Shown here: positions 28,347-29,020 of the stretch, piece after piece
Position numbering within the stretch: position 1 is the first letter of the stretch
Layout of the letters: every line of letters starts with the position of its first letter
IMG/VR virus record: IMGVR_UViG_3300028569_000129
Span: 1-29,020 of that record
Length of the DNA: 29,020 nucleotides
From: a virus
Lineage: Duplodnaviria; Caudoviricetes
Reading direction: 5' to 3' (one strand)
Notes under the pieces: generated by a model
The model's database searches: none
The model's input: only the letters and a program-made list of their open reading frames with translations
Told to the model about the DNA's origin: nothing
Translations under genes and position numbers: made by a program

Positions 28347-28493
28347 TTACTTACCTTGTCCTCTGCGTGGTTTACGAGGTTTATTTCTGCTGGTTGCAGA
28401 ATATTTTGTATTTCTTCCATAACCCTGTCGGGTATTTTTGGAATGGGATTCAATGCAATCTGAACCACTCAGTGACTTTTTATTTGCTGCCAT
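28347..28493 (-). CDS. 48-aa highly basic protein MAANKKSLSGSDCIESHSKNTRQGYGRNTKYSATSRNKPRKPRRGQGK
   Basis: Manual translation; AAGG SD-like sequence and a late promoter upstream. The TRQG..TKYSATSRN..RGQG pattern resembles a small cyanophage protein as I recall it (not verified). Confidence 0.75.
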   Translation of the reverse strand: MAANKKSLSGSDCIESHSKNTRQGYGRNTKYSATSRNKPRKPRRGQGK

Positions 28494-28526
28494 TTAAACC
28501 TTCTTCAGTTGAATATAAAGTTTATA

Positions 28527-28534
28527 TATTTATC
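28527..28534 (-). promoter_or_regulatory. T4-type late promoter core (GATAAATA)
   Basis: ATAAATA overlaps the TGA stop of the upstream gene and ends 33 nt upstream of the 48-aa ORF. Confidence 0.6.
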
Positions 28535-29020
28535 AGATAATACGAGTCTTTTCGTGTCCGACACGAATGCGCGGATCGCACCAAATCTCATAACCCTTTT
28601 CAATTGCATCGAGACAAAATGAGACATCCTCTCCACACATGTCTTGCACTGCACCAGATTCAAAGATTTGCATCTTGGGGGCAAACCAAGGATATTCAAG
28701 ATTTTCAAAGACACCTTTTTTAATCAGTACCCAACCAAAACCAGTGTAATCAACTGTGAATGGCTTACGTCGTTTTGAGATACTTTCCACAGTTTCGTGA
28801 TTCATCACTCCACCATTTTTGCGGAAATCGTCTTCTTCCAACCAATGTGCCACAGATGTTGTATGTCCATCCTCTGTGGCATACCAACCACTGACGATTT
28901 CTTTTTCTTCACCATTCTCATCAATTGCCATATCGCAAAGTTGCCAGAATTTGTTTGTGTCAAAGACAATATCACTATCAATCCAAAGTTGATAATCATA
29001 CTCGAGCTTTCCATCCCAGG
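28533..29020 (-). CDS. GT-A fold glycosyltransferase-like protein; 5' part lies beyond the window
   Basis: The frame stays open to the edge (WDGKLEYDYQLWIDSDIVF, a DXD motif after a hydrophobic strand), so ATG 28931 is internal; GFGWVLIKKGVFE, GEDVSFC and DPRIRVGH are GT2-like motifs. Confidence 0.75.
   Translation of the reverse strand, partial: WDGKLEYDYQLWIDSDIVFDTNKFWQLCDMAIDENGEEKEIVSGWYATEDGHTTSVAHWLEEDDFRKNGGVMNHETVESISKRRKPFTVDYTGFGWVLIKKGVFENLEYPWFAPKMQIFESGAVQDMCGEDVSFCLDAIEKGYEIWCDPRIRVGHEKTRII

Noticed and set aside
28505-29014. ORFs 28505..28714 and 28805..29014
   Set aside because: Alternative frames overlapping the glycosyltransferase-like gene, whose own frame is continuous to the window edge.
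1-29020. CRISPR array, tRNA, DGR template/variable repeat pair, invertible segment
   Set aside because: No regularly spaced DNA repeats, cloverleaf, adenine-mismatched duplicate, reverse transcriptase or recombinase was seen by eye. The largest intergenic gap is about 140 nt. A self dot-plot would confirm.

Overview
A 29-kb AT-rich segment of a T4-like myovirus genome, most consistent with a cyanophage-type (Kyanoviridae-like) phage. Every credible gene is on the minus strand. In transcription order (right to left): a partial GT-A glycosyltransferase-like gene; two tiny basic ORFs missed by the ORF track (48 and 22 aa); an intrinsic terminator; a ~231-codon gene broken by one in-frame TAA; a hairpin pair hiding the Shine-Dalgarno of an 83-aa gene; then the baseplate/neck/tail module gp25-gp6-gp7 (4119 aa)-gp8-VrlC/DUF4815-like (2516 aa)-74 aa-gp13-gp14-gp15 (partial). 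T4-type late promoter cores (TAAATA) precede five genes. No tRNA, CRISPR, intron, intein or mobile element was seen. The most unusual part is 27200-28530: the interrupted gene, the structured RNA in its 3' end, the micro-ORFs and a repeat-rich intergenic region. Family assignments come from motif recognition and gene order, not from database searches.
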